Source of the DNA: Methanocaldococcus sp. 16A
GTDB lineage: Archaea > AGJL01 > Methanococci > Methanococcales > Methanocaldococcaceae
Direction: 5' to 3' (one strand)
DNA length: 64,000 nucleotides
Assembly (NCBI GenBank): GCA_049860595.1
Contig: CP187551.1
Both the position numbers and the translations under genes were made by a program. The notes beneath the pieces are model-generated. The model was not told where the DNA came from. It ran no database searches and was given only the letters and a program-made list of their open reading frames with translations. Positions 41,645 through 52,367 of the stretch are shown piece after piece. Each line of letters opens with the position of its first letter. Positions within the stretch are counted from its first letter, which is position 1.

Positions 41645-42673
41645 TTATTTCTTTAAATAACTACAAACTTTTTCAAACATCAAATCAGTTGGGTCTTCTA
41701 ACTCAATAACTCCTAGTTTTTTTCCTAAGTTATCTTCAACATAATTTATAATTTCCTTAACATCATTTGTATGAATCATTCTATTTTTTTCAATTAGATA
41801 TTTATCAACCCCAAGCAACTCTTGAGGATAACAGGATATTGTAGGGACTCCAAGAATAGCACTCTCCCTATTCATTGTTCCTCCAGCACCAATCATGAAA
41901 TCAGAGTTATACAATAAAGAGAGAGCATCTATTGTTTCATTTGGAACAATAACATTAAGCTCTTTATATATATATTTTTGATTTTCATTCCTTGGAAATA
42001 CAACTATATTACAATCAATTCTCTTTTGAAGCTCTTTAATAATCACTGGCAAAATATCCCTATGCCCATTACAATAGGAAGAGTTCGGGCAAGGTCTCAT
42101 AACTATTGTTGGATTATTATTTGAAATTTCCAATTTTTTTAAAATTTCATTGTCTATTGGATAATATCCCTTTAACCTTGAATTTACATTTGCCATCTCA
42201 CATGTACCGTCAAAATTTACGAAATTTCTTCCTCCAAAATCTCTCAACTTATTTTCATCGGTTGCTATTGGCTTAATAATCTCATCGACCAATGGAAGAG
42301 TTAATTTATTTTGAGCTTCAGCGTGTTCATTATCTACAACAAAAATTATTGGAATGTTTAGACCAAAAGCAACTCTCGGCAGTTCGACAGAGTGTTTAGC
42401 TATAGCAACCTTTGGTTTTGCATTTGATATTAACTCAGCTAAGCCAATAACTCTCTCAGCATAAAAAATTAATTTATCTTTTAATGTTTTTCCATGCTTT
42501 CCAATGCATTTTCCAACAAAATCGTAAATTTCTACTAATTTAGCCAAATTTTTTGAATCTCTAAAAGTTAATAAATACTCAATCCCTTCCTTTTCAAATT
42601 TTTTTATTAGTTGGCAAAAATAATGCACATGGGGAGCATTTGTTAAATCAATCCATACATCCAAAACAATCAC
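41645..42673 (-). CDS. DUF354 family (GT-B/LpxB-like) protein
   Basis: VWIDLTNAPHVH, GAGGTMNRESAILGVP. Confidence 0.8.
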   Translation of the reverse strand: MIVLDVWIDLTNAPHVHYFCQLIKKFEKEGIEYLLTFRDSKNLAKLVEIYDFVGKCIGKHGKTLKDKLIFYAERVIGLAELISNAKPKVAIAKHSVELPRVAFGLNIPIIFVVDNEHAEAQNKLTLPLVDEIIKPIATDENKLRDFGGRNFVNFDGTCEMANVNSRLKGYYPIDNEILKKLEISNNNPTIVMRPCPNSSYCNGHRDILPVIIKELQKRIDCNIVVFPRNENQKYIYKELNVIVPNETIDALSLLYNSDFMIGAGGTMNRESAILGVPTISCYPQELLGVDKYLIEKNRMIHTNDVKEIINYVEDNLGKKLGVIELEDPTDLMFEKVCSYLKK

Positions 42674-42678
42674 CCCTT

Positions 42679-43872
42679 TTAATATAAATACACATCTACA
42701 AGCTCTCCTTTTTCATAACCTTCAACATTCTCTGGAATTAAGATATAACCGTCACTCTTTGTTAATGAGGAAATAACACCACTACCTGTTATTCTTATGG
42801 GTTCAACATCTCTATCTACCTTAACTCTAACAAAATCTACTCTGCCGAGTTCAGAAGCTACATTTCTCTTTAAGGGCATGGTTATTTTCTTTCTATTTAC
42901 AAAAAATCTTTGGATAAATAACTCAAATTGAACAGCTGATGCTACTGGATAACCAGACAGCATAAAGATAAGTTTATCATTAACTTTTCCTAATCCAAAA
43001 GGTTTTCCAGGTCTTATATTTACTCCATGTAATATAACATCTCCCATTTCTTTAACTGTTTCAATTGTAATATCTCTTTCACTTACAGAAGTACCTCCAG
43101 TGATTAATAAGATATCATTTTCATTTAGAGCTGTTTTAATGGCTTTTTTTAACTTTTCTTTATTATCTTCAACAGCATCATAAATTTTCGCATCAAATCC
43201 AAGATTTTTTACTAAACCATATAGCATATATGAATTAGAATTTATAATTTTTCCTTTTAGTTTGTTAATATCTTTTTTAATATCTCTAATTTCATCTAAA
43301 CTAACAAGCTCATCTCCTGTAGAAATTATCCCAAAACTTAAATCATAAACCTTAATTTTTTTAATTCCTAAAGATGCAAGCATATTTAAATGATAAGGAT
43401 TAATAACATCTCCTTTTTTTAAAACAACATCTCCTTTTTTAACATCTTCTCCAATTCTTGAAACATTTTCATTTGGATGAACTCCTTTATAAATCTCAAC
43501 GAAGTCATCAACTTCATTGCAAAATTCTTTCATAACAACAGCATCTGCATTTTTTGGCAGTTCATCTCCAGTAAATATTTTCTTCGCCTCTCCTGAAAAT
43601 ATCTCATCCCCATCAACGAGATTTAATATTATTGGGTTTGTTTCAGATGCTCCAAAGGTGTCTTCAGCTATAACAGCATATCCATCCATCGCGGCTTTAT
43701 TAAAATATGGTAAATCTATTGGGGCTGTTATATTTTCAGCAGATATTTTGTTTAACGCCTTAATAATATCAATTTCTTTAATTTTTTTATTATTGTTTAA
43801 ATAATTTGATAATTGCCCAAAAACAGTTTTTTCAGCATTTTTTAATGGCATTAATTTTCTTATTAGCTTCAT
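42679..43872 (-). CDS. moeA: Molybdopterin molybdotransferase
   Basis: AAMDGYAV, STGDEL, TGGTS, RPGKP, LSGYP. Confidence 0.93.
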   Translation of the reverse strand: MKLIRKLMPLKNAEKTVFGQLSNYLNNNKKIKEIDIIKALNKISAENITAPIDLPYFNKAAMDGYAVIAEDTFGASETNPIILNLVDGDEIFSGEAKKIFTGDELPKNADAVVMKEFCNEVDDFVEIYKGVHPNENVSRIGEDVKKGDVVLKKGDVINPYHLNMLASLGIKKIKVYDLSFGIISTGDELVSLDEIRDIKKDINKLKGKIINSNSYMLYGLVKNLGFDAKIYDAVEDNKEKLKKAIKTALNENDILLITGGTSVSERDITIETVKEMGDVILHGVNIRPGKPFGLGKVNDKLIFMLSGYPVASAVQFELFIQRFFVNRKKITMPLKRNVASELGRVDFVRVKVDRDVEPIRITGSGVISSLTKSDGYILIPENVEGYEKGELVDVYLY

Positions 43873-43969
43873 ATTTTCACCAATAGGTAGTATTTTTAAA
43901 GAAATTATATAAAGTTTGAAATATAAAAAATTAGATTATAGGAAAATAAGTTAGTAGATGGTGATTTAA

Positions 43970-45481
43970 ATGCTACTCCTAAAGGTTAGAGTTTTAGACA
44001 TTGACTTGGAAAATTTAGTTTTAATTAACTCTGAAGATTTAAAAAATTCCCAATATTTCCCTCAAGATAGAGTAGTTGTTGAATTTAAAGGAAAAGAGGT
44101 TATTGGAGTTTTGTATTCATCAATCACATTAATAAATAGAGGGGAAATTGGGCTACCTCAAAAGTTGGTTAAAGATTTAGGTGTTAAAGAAGGAGATACA
44201 GTTACAATAAAACATGCTGAAAAACCAAAATCTCTCCCATATATAAGAAAAAAGATGGATGGAAATAAATTAAGAAAAGAAGAAATTTTTGCAATTATAG
44301 ATGAGATGGTTGATGGGAAGCTAACAAATATTGAGATATCAGCCTTTGTTACCTCCTTATACATAAATGGAATGGACATGGATGAAATTGAAGCAATGAC
44401 TATTAGAATGGCTGAAACTGGAGATATGGTTAATTGGGAAGGGCAGATATTTGATGTGCATTCAATTGGAGGAGTTCCTGGAAACAAATATGCTTTATTA
44501 GTTGTGCCAATAGTAGCCTCTGCTGGATTAAAGATTCCAAAAACTTCATCAAGGGCAATAACTTCAGCAGCAGGAACAGCAGATGTTGTTGAGGTTTTAA
44601 CAAGAGTAGATTTAACTATTGAAGAAATAAAAAGAGTTGTTAAAGAAACTAATGGCTGTATGGTATGGGGAGGGGCTTTGGATTTAGCTCCTGCGGATGA
44701 TATAACAATAAATGTTGAAAGACCTCTTGGTATAGACCCTGAACCTCTATTATTATCAAGTGTCATGGCAAAAAAATTGGCTATGGGTGTCAATAAACTA
44801 TTGATTGACATTCCAACTGGTTATGGAGCAAAGGTTAAATCTATAAAAGAAGCTTCAAGGTTAGCAAGGAATTTTATTGAACTGAGTGATAGATTAAGAA
44901 TAGCTACTGAGTGTGCTATCACCTATGGAGGACAGCCAATTGGTAGAGCTATTGGCCCAGCTTTGGAAGCAAAAGAGGCATTATTAGCTTTAGAAGATTA
45001 CAAACAGGCTCCAACAAGTTTAGTGGAGAAATCTATATCACTTGCAGGAATTTTATTAGAGATGGGAGGAGTAGCTCCTTCTGGAGAAGGAAAGTATTTG
45101 GCTGAGAATATATTAGCAAAAGGAAAAGCTCATGACAAATTTATGGAGATTATTGTAGCTCAAGGAGGAAAAGAGGTTAGCTCCGATGAGATTGACGTTG
45201 GGAAATACTACGCAGATATACATTCTCCAATAGATGGGTATGTTACAAGAATATCAAATGCTGGAATTACAAAAATTGCTAAAGAAGCAGGAGCTCCAAA
45301 TGATAAAAAAGCTGGAGTTTATTTGAATGTAAAAGTCGGAAATAAAGTTGAAAAAGGAGACGTATTATATACAATATATTCAAGTTCAGAGGAGAGATTA
45401 AAATCTGCAGTAAAATTGGCAAGAATATTATATCCAGTAAGAGTTGAAGGTATGTTACTTCAAAAAATTTCAAGATTTTAA
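43970..45481 (+). CDS. AMP phosphorylase (thymidine phosphorylase family)
   Basis: DVHSIGGVPGNK, PKTSSRAITSAAGTAD, N-terminal double-psi domain. Confidence 0.93.
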   Translation: MLLLKVRVLDIDLENLVLINSEDLKNSQYFPQDRVVVEFKGKEVIGVLYSSITLINRGEIGLPQKLVKDLGVKEGDTVTIKHAEKPKSLPYIRKKMDGNKLRKEEIFAIIDEMVDGKLTNIEISAFVTSLYINGMDMDEIEAMTIRMAETGDMVNWEGQIFDVHSIGGVPGNKYALLVVPIVASAGLKIPKTSSRAITSAAGTADVVEVLTRVDLTIEEIKRVVKETNGCMVWGGALDLAPADDITINVERPLGIDPEPLLLSSVMAKKLAMGVNKLLIDIPTGYGAKVKSIKEASRLARNFIELSDRLRIATECAITYGGQPIGRAIGPALEAKEALLALEDYKQAPTSLVEKSISLAGILLEMGGVAPSGEGKYLAENILAKGKAHDKFMEIIVAQGGKEVSSDEIDVGKYYADIHSPIDGYVTRISNAGITKIAKEAGAPNDKKAGVYLNVKVGNKVEKGDVLYTIYSSSEERLKSAVKLARILYPVRVEGMLLQKISRF

Positions 45482-45721
45482 GTGAATGTCTTTATTATTA
45501 TTTAATAATAATTTTTCTGACTCTTTTAATTTTGGGCAAGCTAACAATATTAAATCATATAACTCAGTATTTCTTGTAGCATTTAATACATTAGATATTA
45601 CTCTTCTATTGTTAGCATGTGACTCAAGAATATGTCTAATCATAATTACTTTAATTCCTACATATTTTGCGTTATTATTAATTATTTCTAAATCCTTTAA
45701 GACTTTTTTTTCAATTTTCAT
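45470..45721 (-). CDS. Small hypothetical protein
   Basis: GGGA-like RBS before ATG at 45721; host-like composition. Confidence 0.55.
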   Translation of the reverse strand: MKIEKKVLKDLEIINNNAKYVGIKVIMIRHILESHANNRRVISNVLNATRNTELYDLILLACPKLKESEKLLLNNNKDIHLKS

Positions 45722-45940
45722 AACTATCCCTACAAAAATATAAACCAAATTATAAAAAATATTAAAAAATATTAAAAATACATGATAGAACAAAAATCCC
45801 TCTATAACTCCATGTCCTATATTATGGTATTAAAATATTTATAAATTTTTTGCACATGCTTCTATATGTATGTATGTATGTTCTTATGGACATAAAATAG
45901 TAAAATAATTAAAAATAATTAAATAAAAATAAAATAAATT

Positions 45941-47050
45941 TTATTTAAATTTTAATTTTCTAATTTTTAACTTCATAGTTCTCTCTATATATTTTAATTT
46001 TTTGTACTCTTTTCTATTGATAATTGATATTGCCTTTCCTTTTTTTCCCGCTCTTCCAGTTCTTCCAATCCTATGCATATAAGATTCAGGATTTTGTGGG
46101 AGGTGATAGTTAATTACACAGTTTAAATCATTAACATCTATACCTCTACTCATAACATCAGTAGCAATTAAAATTTTAATTCTTTTTTGTTTAAATAGCC
46201 TTATAATCTTCTCTCTTTGGGATTGACTTAAATCTCCATGAATTGCCCCAGCTTTAAATCCAATATCTCTCAACATATTTGCCAATTCTTTAGTATCTCT
46301 CTTAGTTTTACAAAAAACCAATCCATAAAATTCTTTATTTTTTAATAATCTGCATAAAGCTTCAAATCTCTCATTTTCATTAACTTCTATATAGCTTTGC
46401 TCAATATTTGCATTTATCTTAGCTCTTACAAACTTATAATCTCCCATGTATTTTTTAGCTAAGTTTAATATCTCCTTTGGCATGGTGGCAGAGAACAACA
46501 AAATTCTCTTATTTTTATTACAGGCATTTAAAATCTTCTCTACATCTTCAACAAATCCCATATTGAGCATTTCATCAGCTTCATCCAATATAACGTATTT
46601 AACATTTTTTAGGTTTAAAGTACCTCTATTTATATGGTCTAAAATTCTTCCAGGAGTTCCAACAACTATATTAGCATTTTTTAAAGCTTTAATTTGTGGA
46701 TAAATGGCTTTTCCTCCATAAATTTTGGCAATCTTTAAATTTTTGTTACCTTTTAATGATTCTATTTCATCAGCCACTTGTATAGCTAATTCTCTTGTTG
46801 GGGTTAATATTATTGCCTCTATTTTATGGTTTTCATTGTTTTTATCATCAATAAGCTCAATTAATGGAATTGCAAACGCTGCAGTTTTTCCACTTCCAGT
46901 TCTTGCTTGAGCTACTATATTACCTTCATCATTTAAAAATAGTGGTATAACCTTCATTTGAATATCTGTTGGATTTTCAAAACCTTTATTTTTAATGGCT
47001 GTTAAAACATTCTCTGATAAATTTAATTCACTAAAATTCATATATTCCAC
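45941..47050 (-). CDS. DEAD-box RNA helicase
   Basis: Q motif, TGSGKT, PTRELA, DEAD, SAT, HRIGRTGR. Confidence 0.96.
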   Translation of the reverse strand: MEYMNFSELNLSENVLTAIKNKGFENPTDIQMKVIPLFLNDEGNIVAQARTGSGKTAAFAIPLIELIDDKNNENHKIEAIILTPTRELAIQVADEIESLKGNKNLKIAKIYGGKAIYPQIKALKNANIVVGTPGRILDHINRGTLNLKNVKYVILDEADEMLNMGFVEDVEKILNACNKNKRILLFSATMPKEILNLAKKYMGDYKFVRAKINANIEQSYIEVNENERFEALCRLLKNKEFYGLVFCKTKRDTKELANMLRDIGFKAGAIHGDLSQSQREKIIRLFKQKRIKILIATDVMSRGIDVNDLNCVINYHLPQNPESYMHRIGRTGRAGKKGKAISIINRKEYKKLKYIERTMKLKIRKLKFK

Positions 47051-47074
47051 ATCCTAATGAAATTCATTTTTAAA

Positions 47075-47099
47075 GATGCTAAAAAGAGATTTTAGCATC
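47075..47099. other. Perfect 10-bp hairpin in the DEAD-helicase leader/intergenic region
   Basis: GATGCTAAAA-AGAGA-TTTTAGCATC. Confidence 0.45.
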
Positions 47100-47115
47100 C
47101 TCAACAACTATGGGT

Positions 47116-48186
47116 TTATAGTATAAAAATGTTTGCATTTTTAAAAAATTCCGTTCTCATCTTTTTAATAATCTCTGATGAGTTTAAATCTTCCTTTTGG
47201 ATATTTAAAATTTCTTCTGGAATATTTCCTTTTTTTATCTGTTTTGTTGATAGGTATTTTCCTATTTTGATTAATTTTTCTTTTAACTTTTTTCTTCTTT
47301 TCTCTCTATCCTCTATTATTTTATCTTTAGTTAAATTTAAGGTTTTATCCCTATAAGGTAGAGCTATAACTGATAAAGCTATAATTCTCTCATCAATCTC
47401 ATTAATTCTATCTGGTTTAAAATCTGGGTTTTTGTATGCTAATGTTATTCCCCTCTTTCTTCCTATGCTCTCTTTTTCTGAAATTACAAAATTAGATTCA
47501 ACCAAAGCACTTCTAAAAGGAATTGATGAAGAATAAGATATTAAAACTCCATTATCTTCCATTCTTTTATAAACTTCTTTTAAAAAATCGTAAGTATAGA
47601 GAGTAGGGTCTCTCTTTGGTGAAAATGCATCGTGAAAAACTATGTTGTATCTTTTATCACTTTTTATTATAAATTTTCTTGCATCTCCAACATATAGATT
47701 GATGTTACTATAAGGGGAGTTATATTCAATACCAATTTTGTTTAAAAAATACTCTCTAACCTTATCTTTTATAATCTCATGCTCTTTATATGGAATATCT
47801 AAAAATAAAGTTAAAAATAAAGCTTCTTCACAGATTTCAACCATATCAATCTCTGCATTTTTATTATGATGTAAAGCGGCTATAGCATTATATCCTAAAC
47901 CGCTACATAAATCCAAAACTCTCGGATTTTTTAAATTTTCAATTTTTGATGGCTTTGCAAACTTATAGATTGCTTCTTTTAAAGCCCCAACTTTCGAATG
48001 CATCATCTCTTCATCATCTTCTGCCTTTAATGTATAAGTTCCATCTTCAGTTTCTACTAAAACCTTTTCTTCTTTTAACTTTCTAATTATATTCTCTTTA
48101 ATGTCCTCTTCATTCTTTCCATTGTAAATTTTCATATACTTTCTAATAATTCCTAAAGCTTTTTTGTTTGGAAGCATAAAAACCAC
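47116..48186 (-). CDS. MnmC/MnmD-like SAM-dependent tRNA methyltransferase
   Basis: EDGTYTL, HS..GA..EA, DLCSGLGYN, HDAFSP. Confidence 0.8.
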   Translation of the reverse strand: MVFMLPNKKALGIIRKYMKIYNGKNEEDIKENIIRKLKEEKVLVETEDGTYTLKAEDDEEMMHSKVGALKEAIYKFAKPSKIENLKNPRVLDLCSGLGYNAIAALHHNKNAEIDMVEICEEALFLTLFLDIPYKEHEIIKDKVREYFLNKIGIEYNSPYSNINLYVGDARKFIIKSDKRYNIVFHDAFSPKRDPTLYTYDFLKEVYKRMEDNGVLISYSSSIPFRSALVESNFVISEKESIGRKRGITLAYKNPDFKPDRINEIDERIIALSVIALPYRDKTLNLTKDKIIEDREKRRKKLKEKLIKIGKYLSTKQIKKGNIPEEILNIQKEDLNSSEIIKKMRTEFFKNANIFIL

Positions 48187-48208
48187 ATAATTATTTTTTA
48201 TTTTTTTA

Positions 48209-48928
<720 letters not shown>

Positions 48929-48997
48929 TTATATATAGTTAAGTTAAACAACACTAAAGTGTGAATAATATAATCACATATATTTAAGTGTAAAAAA

Positions 48998-49205
48998 ATG
49001 TATGATTGGAATAAACCAAATAGTAGATAGTGAGACATACTCTATATTATGTCCTACATAATATATTAACTTTTGATAATAAGACCAAAGATAATAGATG
49101 AGCGTCTAAGAAAAGGTCAGGAATGTGTTACGATATTTGTCCAAGAGTATCATCAGAAAAATACCAAAAAAGAAGTTTAAAGAAGAATATTATTTAGGTT
49201 AGTTA
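48998..49205 (+). pseudogene. Decayed 5' fragment of an Fsr-N / FrhB(FpoF)-type F420-binding oxidoreductase gene
   Basis: Frameshifted pieces MYDW / NQIVDS / SILCP / NILTFD / RPKIIDERLRKG / GMCYDICPRVSSEKYQ / KFKEEYYLG follow the recalled N-terminus of Methanocaldococcus Fsr in order; truncated at the IS end. Confidence 0.75.
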
Positions 49206-49916
49206 GAGACTGTCAAGATAAAGATTAAATAAATATGTGTAAATAAAGGAAGATATGAAACTTACGATAGAAATGTTAAAGGAAGGGATTAAGAAGATAG
49301 TTAAAAGGAATAAGAAGTCGATAGAGATTAAAATTTTAGCTGGAATTTTGTATTATTTAGGATTATCGTTAAGAAAGGTTAGTTTGTTTCTTTCTCAATT
49401 TGAAAGTATAAGTCATGAATCGGTTAGAACATATTATCACAAGATTAAGGAGATTTTAAACGAGCCTGAAAGAAAGACAAGAAACCTAATAGCAATCGAT
49501 GAAACTAAACTAAAGATTGGAAATGAAACTATTTATGTATGGTCTGCTATCGATGTGGGTTCTAAAGAATGTTTAGGTATCTATGTCTCTAAAACAAGAT
49601 GCTACCTCGATACAATCTTATTCGTAAAAAATATATTAAAATTTTGCTCGAATAAACCAAAGATTTTAGTCGATGGTGGCAAATGGTATCCGTGGGCACT
49701 GCAAAGATTAGGACTAAAATTCGAAAGAGTTCGATTCGGTTTAAGAAATTGTGTCGAAAGTTTCTTTTCCCTACTCAAACGAAGAACTAAATCTTTCTAT
49801 AATCGATTCCCAAGTAATACTAAATTCTCAACCGTCATTAGCTGGCTCGTATCTTTCTCCTCTTTCTATAACTTCTTTCTCTCCTTATCTTGACATCGTC
49901 TTATCTTGACATCGTC
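49206..49916 (+). mobile_element. IS6-family insertion sequence with tandemly duplicated right inverted repeat
   Basis: Left IR GAGACTGTCAAGATAAAG (49206-49223); right IR CCTTATCTTGACATCGTC (49883-49900) with TTATCTTGACATCGTC repeated at 49901-49916. Confidence 0.88.
49255..49893 (+). CDS. IS6-family DDE transposase
   Basis: [41 protein letters not shown]. Confidence 0.92.
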   Translation: MKLTIEMLKEGIKKIVKRNKKSIEIKILAGILYYLGLSLRKVSLFLSQFESISHESVRTYYHKIKEILNEPERKTRNLIAIDETKLKIGNETIYVWSAIDVGSKECLGIYVSKTRCYLDTILFVKNILKFCSNKPKILVDGGKWYPWALQRLGLKFERVRFGLRNCVESFFSLLKRRTKSFYNRFPSNTKFSTVISWLVSFSSFYNFFLSLS

Positions 49917-49925
49917 GGGAAAATT

Positions 49926-50774
49926 ATGAAAAATAATACTTCATATAATAAAGAAAATCTAGCTAACGTCTGTCAAAAAATTTTAAATAAAATTAATGAA
50001 CCTATAACTATAGAAAAGTTAGATACAATATGTGATGAGTTATTAAACGTATATCCAAAACATCCAGTTGCTAATTTTTTAAAAGGTCTTTTACTAACAG
50101 TAACAGGCAATTTTGAACATGCATTAAAATTTTTTGATAAAGGATTAGAAAACAATCCTAAAAATACTTTGATAAAATTTCTTAAAGCTCATAATTATGA
50201 ACTTATGAATAGGATAGATAAAAGTTTAAAAGAATATGATGAGACTTTAGAAATTAATCCTCGTTTTCTCCCAGCATTGCTTAGAAAAGGCGAAATTCTC
50301 AGAAAATTTGGAAAATATGAAGAAGCATTAGAATGTTATAACAAAGTATTAGAAATTTCCTCAAACCTAACAGCCCTTTATGGAAAAGCTTTGATTTTAT
50401 ATAGATTAGGAAAATTTGAAGAAGCAGTGGATTGTTTAAACAAAGCCTTAGAGATAAATCCTAACTTTTTATCAGCACTTATACTAAAATCCAAAATATT
50501 ATTATCATTAAATAAACTTTCAGAGACGATAATGACATTAAAAAAAGCACTTGACATAAGACCTGATGATATAGGGGCTTTATTTATTTTAGGTATTGCC
50601 CATTTGAGATTAAAAGAGTTCAAAGAAGCCATTGAAGTGTTTGACAAAGTTTTAAAAAAGAATCCTTATCATTTAGGAGCCAAACTTGGTAAAGCTATAG
50701 CTTATGAAAAAATAGGAGATTTGGAAAAAGCCGTTAAATTATACAACAAAATATTTACCTACTACTCAGAATAA
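49926..50774 (+). CDS. Tetratricopeptide repeat protein
   Basis: TPR units (LRKFGKYEEALECYNKVLE); ATG at 49926 after GGGA; the ORF-track N-terminus from 49890 is IS sequence. Confidence 0.85.
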   Translation: MKNNTSYNKENLANVCQKILNKINEPITIEKLDTICDELLNVYPKHPVANFLKGLLLTVTGNFEHALKFFDKGLENNPKNTLIKFLKAHNYELMNRIDKSLKEYDETLEINPRFLPALLRKGEILRKFGKYEEALECYNKVLEISSNLTALYGKALILYRLGKFEEAVDCLNKALEINPNFLSALILKSKILLSLNKLSETIMTLKKALDIRPDDIGALFILGIAHLRLKEFKEAIEVFDKVLKKNPYHLGAKLGKAIAYEKIGDLEKAVKLYNKIFTYYSE

Positions 50775-50797
50775 TGAAATATCATTTATTATTCTTT

Positions 50798-52096
50798 TTA
50801 AATATATAGGAAGAAATATAAAGTTATTAAAGTTGCAGAGATTATTGACAAAATTACTCCAATTTTCATCATCTCTTCTTTTTTGACACCTTCACCATAT
50901 ACAATAGCATTAGGTGGGGTTCCTACTGGCAGAATAAATGAACACGATGCCGATATACCGATAGCTAATATTAAAATCTCTTTTGGAATTCCTAAAGACG
51001 CTCCAAATAGTATTGGAACTAATATTCCAGTCAGTCCAGTGTTGCTTATAAAATTGGTTAGAATTATTGTTATTATAATGACAGCAAATAAAACTACAAT
51101 TGGGCTTAAATTACCTAATATAGCTATAAGTTTTTCAGATAAGAATGTGTTGGCTCCACTTTCAACAATAATCCCTCCTAAGCATAAAGCTCCACCAAAT
51201 AAAATTAAAGTACCCCAATCTATTTTCTTGAAATCATTAACTTCAACTAAATTAAATACAAACAACAAAATTATAGCAAATATAGAGATTATTGAATCAA
51301 AATATTTGATATTAAAAATTTCACTTAAATAATCACTAATTATCCAAAGAAAAGCTATCAATAAAAATATTCCTAACAATGTATAAGCTTTTACATTTAA
51401 CTCCGTTCTTGCTTGAATAGCAATGTTTTCTTTTGGAATCCATTTTTTAAAGTAAATATATAGTGTTAAGGTAGAGATTAAAAATAACAATAAGCTTATT
51501 GGAAATCCAACTTTAAACCAGCTAAAAAATCCATAATTTAAATAACTACTTGCTATGGCATTTGGTGGAGAGCCAATAATTGTTGCTATTCCTCCTACAG
51601 AAGCAGAGTAAGCAACCCCCAACAATAAAAAATCCCTCAACTTATCAGTTTTATTATAAACTAAGCCAAGAGCTATTGGCAATAAAATTAATGTTGCAGA
51701 TGTGTTGCTAATCCACATCGACAAAAAATATGCGGATAAAAACATTAAAAAGCTGGTAGTTTTAAAATCCTTTCCATAATTTAGTAGCTTATAGGCAATA
51801 AATTTATCTAAATTATGATTTTTTAATGCCTGTGCAAGCATAAACCCTCCTAAGAATAGGAATATTATTGGATGAGCAAAGTATGTCAAAGCCTCTTTTA
51901 AATTAAAAATTCCTAAAAACACTGCCATTATTGGAATTACTAAGGATGTAACTGGAAGAGGTAGTAATTCAAAAAACCATAGGCATCCAGCAACTACTAA
52001 TATAATAATACCTTTATAAATATCTGGTAATGTTGCTCCAAAAATAAGAGAGATTATAATTATCCCCAATCCTATAAATTCTTTTGACAATTTCAT
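50798..52096 (-). CDS. SLC13/DASS family anion permease
   Basis: LSMWISNTSAT, IIGSPPNA, IDWGTL, ISNT, PVGTPPNA. Confidence 0.9.
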   Translation of the reverse strand: MKLSKEFIGLGIIIISLIFGATLPDIYKGIIILVVAGCLWFFELLPLPVTSLVIPIMAVFLGIFNLKEALTYFAHPIIFLFLGGFMLAQALKNHNLDKFIAYKLLNYGKDFKTTSFLMFLSAYFLSMWISNTSATLILLPIALGLVYNKTDKLRDFLLLGVAYSASVGGIATIIGSPPNAIASSYLNYGFFSWFKVGFPISLLLFLISTLTLYIYFKKWIPKENIAIQARTELNVKAYTLLGIFLLIAFLWIISDYLSEIFNIKYFDSIISIFAIILLFVFNLVEVNDFKKIDWGTLILFGGALCLGGIIVESGANTFLSEKLIAILGNLSPIVVLFAVIIITIILTNFISNTGLTGILVPILFGASLGIPKEILILAIGISASCSFILPVGTPPNAIVYGEGVKKEEMMKIGVILSIISATLITLYFFLYI

Positions 52097-52367
52097 TATC
52101 CCTCCCCCACCTAATTTAAATTTTTAATAAAAGTTTAACTTGTTCATGTCCTATAATAGTTAAGTTTTTATATATCTTGTGTGTTTATTCATTATTCATA
52201 GACTCGCATGGCTGACCCGTGTCTCTTTTATAAAACAAAATTTAAAGTAAAAATTATAAAATTATAAATGGTATTTGGGATAAATTCTCCAAAGAATTTA
52301 TAGGTTTAGAAATAATAAGAAATCTAATTGAAAAATATTAAAAACAAAATTATTACCGGGTGTTAAT

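Noticed and set aside
45865-45880. (TATG)4 microsatellite
   Set aside because: Too short in AT-rich DNA to imply phase variation or function.
49890-49925. N-terminal extension [12 protein letters not shown] of the TPR ORF
   Set aside because: It is mostly translated from the duplicated IS inverted repeat; ATG 49926 after GGGA is the more plausible start.
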